Source of the DNA: Emiliania huxleyi CCMP1516
Lineage: Eukaryota
DNA length: 33,432 nucleotides
Assembly: GCF_000372725.1 (NCBI RefSeq)
Contig: NW_005201287.1
Span: forward strand, 1,147,081 to 1,180,512
Direction: 5' to 3'
Shown: one piece after another, positions 31,608 through 33,432 of the stretch
Layout of the letters: every line of letters begins with the position of its first letter
Position numbering within the stretch: the stretch's first letter is position 1
The notes under the pieces: model-generated
What the model saw: the letters and a program-made list of their open reading frames with translations, nothing else
Told to the model about the DNA's origin: nothing
Database searches by the model: none
Position numbers and translations under genes: made by a program

Positions 31608-32492
31608 CACAGACACACAGCCCCTTCCCCTCCCCCCTCAAGGGCGAGGACACGCACAGGCCGCACCTCTAGTGAGGCCCGCATAGTAATGTGGGTGACT
31701 CGTGCCGCCGCCCCTGCCACCCCTGTGTCAGTGTGCCTGTGGTAGGAGAGACTGCCAGCGACAAGCTGGAGGCAGGTCGCTAGACTGAGATGAGACCGCC
31801 AGTGGATGTGGGAGTCCACCGCGCACCAGGTGAAACGTCTGAAGGACGAAGAAAGCACGAAGGTGCGACCAACTCAGCACGACGGGCGGAGAAGACGGGC
31901 ACTAGACCAGGAAGGACTGGGAGAGTGTGAATGGAGGGACACGTGTGGTTCAGACGCGGACCGCGCCAGAGAGCGCGCTCGATGAGCCAGCCGGCGCGGC
32001 GCGAGCGCCGTGCAAGCTGGCACATCGTCTGCATGCTGCCGTCGTTCTCTGGTTGACGGCGGTCAATCTCGTGGTTGCCAATCAAAACCGGCGGGCTTTG
32101 TGACGCCGTTTACGCAATGGATTGGGTTCGTTTTTTCTTTTCGTTGGTTTTTCTTCGGTTCGCCGTGCATCGAGCAGCAGCCATGATCGGAAGGCTGTAG
32201 CTGCAAATGAGGTGTGGCGTCGCCGACGGTGGGCGCGCAGATGGCTCCGTGGGCGGCTAAGGGCGAGGCGGGTGCGTCGTCGCGGACACGCATTCGAAGG
32301 AGCCGGGTCGCGTCGGCCTCAACTTGAAGATCGCGCACTTGCACGGGCACTCTAGGCCGAGCGCGGGGCAGGTGCTTGGGCGGCTAAACGGCTCGACATT
32401 GGGCGAAAATCGGCACACCGGCCGGGGTTCAAGCACGATCCAACTTCTCCGAACTTCATCTCCGAATGGCCACGGGGGGGCGGTGATAACTC

Positions 32493-32535
32493 GGGTTAGG
32501 GTTAGGGTTAGTGTTAGTGTTAGGGTTAGGGTTAG

Positions 32536-32567
<32 letters not shown>

Positions 32568-33432
32568 GGTTAGGGTTAGGGTTAGGGTTAGGGTTAGGGT
32601 TAGGGTTAGGGTTAGGGTTAGGGTTAGGGTTAGGGTTAGGGTAGGGTTAGGGTTAGGGTTAGGGTTAGGGTTAGGGTTAGGGTTAGGGTTAGGGTTAGGG
32701 TTAGGGTTAGGGTTAGGGTTAGGGTTAGGGTTAGGGTTAGGGTTAGGGTTAGGGTTAGGGTTAGGGTTAGGGTTAGGGTTAGGGTTAGGGTTAGGGTTAG
32801 GGTTAGGGTTAGGGTTAGGGTTAGGGTTAGGGTTAGGGTTAGGGTTAGGGTTAGGGTTAGGGTTAGGGTTAGGGTTAGGGTTAGGGTTAGGGTTAGGGTT
32901 AGGGTTAGGGTTAGGGTTAGGGTTAGGGTTAGGGTTAGGGTTAGGGTTAGGGTTAGGGTTAGGGTTAGGGTTAGGGTTAGGGTTAGGGTTAGGGTTAGGG
33001 TTAGGGTTAGGGTTAGGGTTAGGGTTAGGGTTAGGGTTAGGGTTAGGGTTAGGGTTAGGGTTAGGGTTAGGGTTAGGGTTAGGGTTAGGGTTAGGGTTAG
33101 GGTTAGGGTTAGGGTTAGGGTTAGGGTTAGGGTTAGGGTTAGGGTTAGGGTTAGGGTTAGGGTTAGGGTTAGGGTTAGGGTTAGGGTTAGGGTTAGGGTT
33201 AGGGTTAGGGTTAGGGTTAGGGTTAGGGTTAGGGTTAGGGTTAGGGTTAGGGTTAGGGTTAGGGTTAGGGTTAGGGTTAGGGTTAGGGTTAGGGTTACCG
33301 TTAGGGTTAGGGTTAGGGTTAGGGTTAGGGTTAGGGTTAGGGTTAGGGTTAGGCTCAGGGTTAGGCTTAGGGCTAGGGTTAGGGTTACCCCCCCGGGTTA
33401 GGGCTAGGGTTAGGGTTAGGGTTCCGGTTAGG
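32493..33432 (+). repeat. Telomere (TTAGGG)n, right chromosome end
   Basis: ~940 bp of TTAGGG with the G-rich strand running 5'->3' to the window end; TTAGTG and TTTAGGG variants proximally, occasional TTAGGGG. Confidence 0.98.

Noticed and set aside
33296..33432. Variant telomere repeats at the distal end (TTACCG, CTCAGGG, CCCCCCC)
   Set aside because: Most likely low-coverage read-end errors; cannot be treated as biological without reads

Overview
Eukaryotic, very GC-rich DNA forming the last ~33 kb of a chromosome arm, ending in a ~940 bp (TTAGGG)n telomere. The GC content, short 60-106 nt introns with mostly GC donors (13 of 16 inferred) and the 'EAEGL-L-LS...TGYxGV...EAAVAYA' AP2-like repeats point to a haptophyte coccolithophore (Emiliania/Gephyrocapsa type); this is an inference. 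Genes: a TMEM144-like transporter running off the left edge, a DUF179/AlgH protein, a membrane-anchored SAM-domain protein, a GT4-type glycosyltransferase, an AP2-like repeat gene fragment, a Tudor-SNF2-PHD-WW remodeller, an F-box-like orphan, a RidA-family protein, an F-box-like/RCC1-repeat protein, an ERCC6/CSB orthologue and a DUF5522 + Dph6-like PP-loop fusion. Between them lie a 902 bp TIR element with an 8 bp target-site duplication, a foldback palindrome, dispersed repeats and pseudogene fragments. The most striking signal is in the introns: many begin with a direct copy of the start of the next exon (up to 28/29 nt), and three end in a shared TTCACA..TGTGAA-CAG hairpin. This looks like intron gain by insertion plus target duplication caught at several ages. 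All splice sites were inferred by eye from reading-frame and motif continuity, without transcript data.
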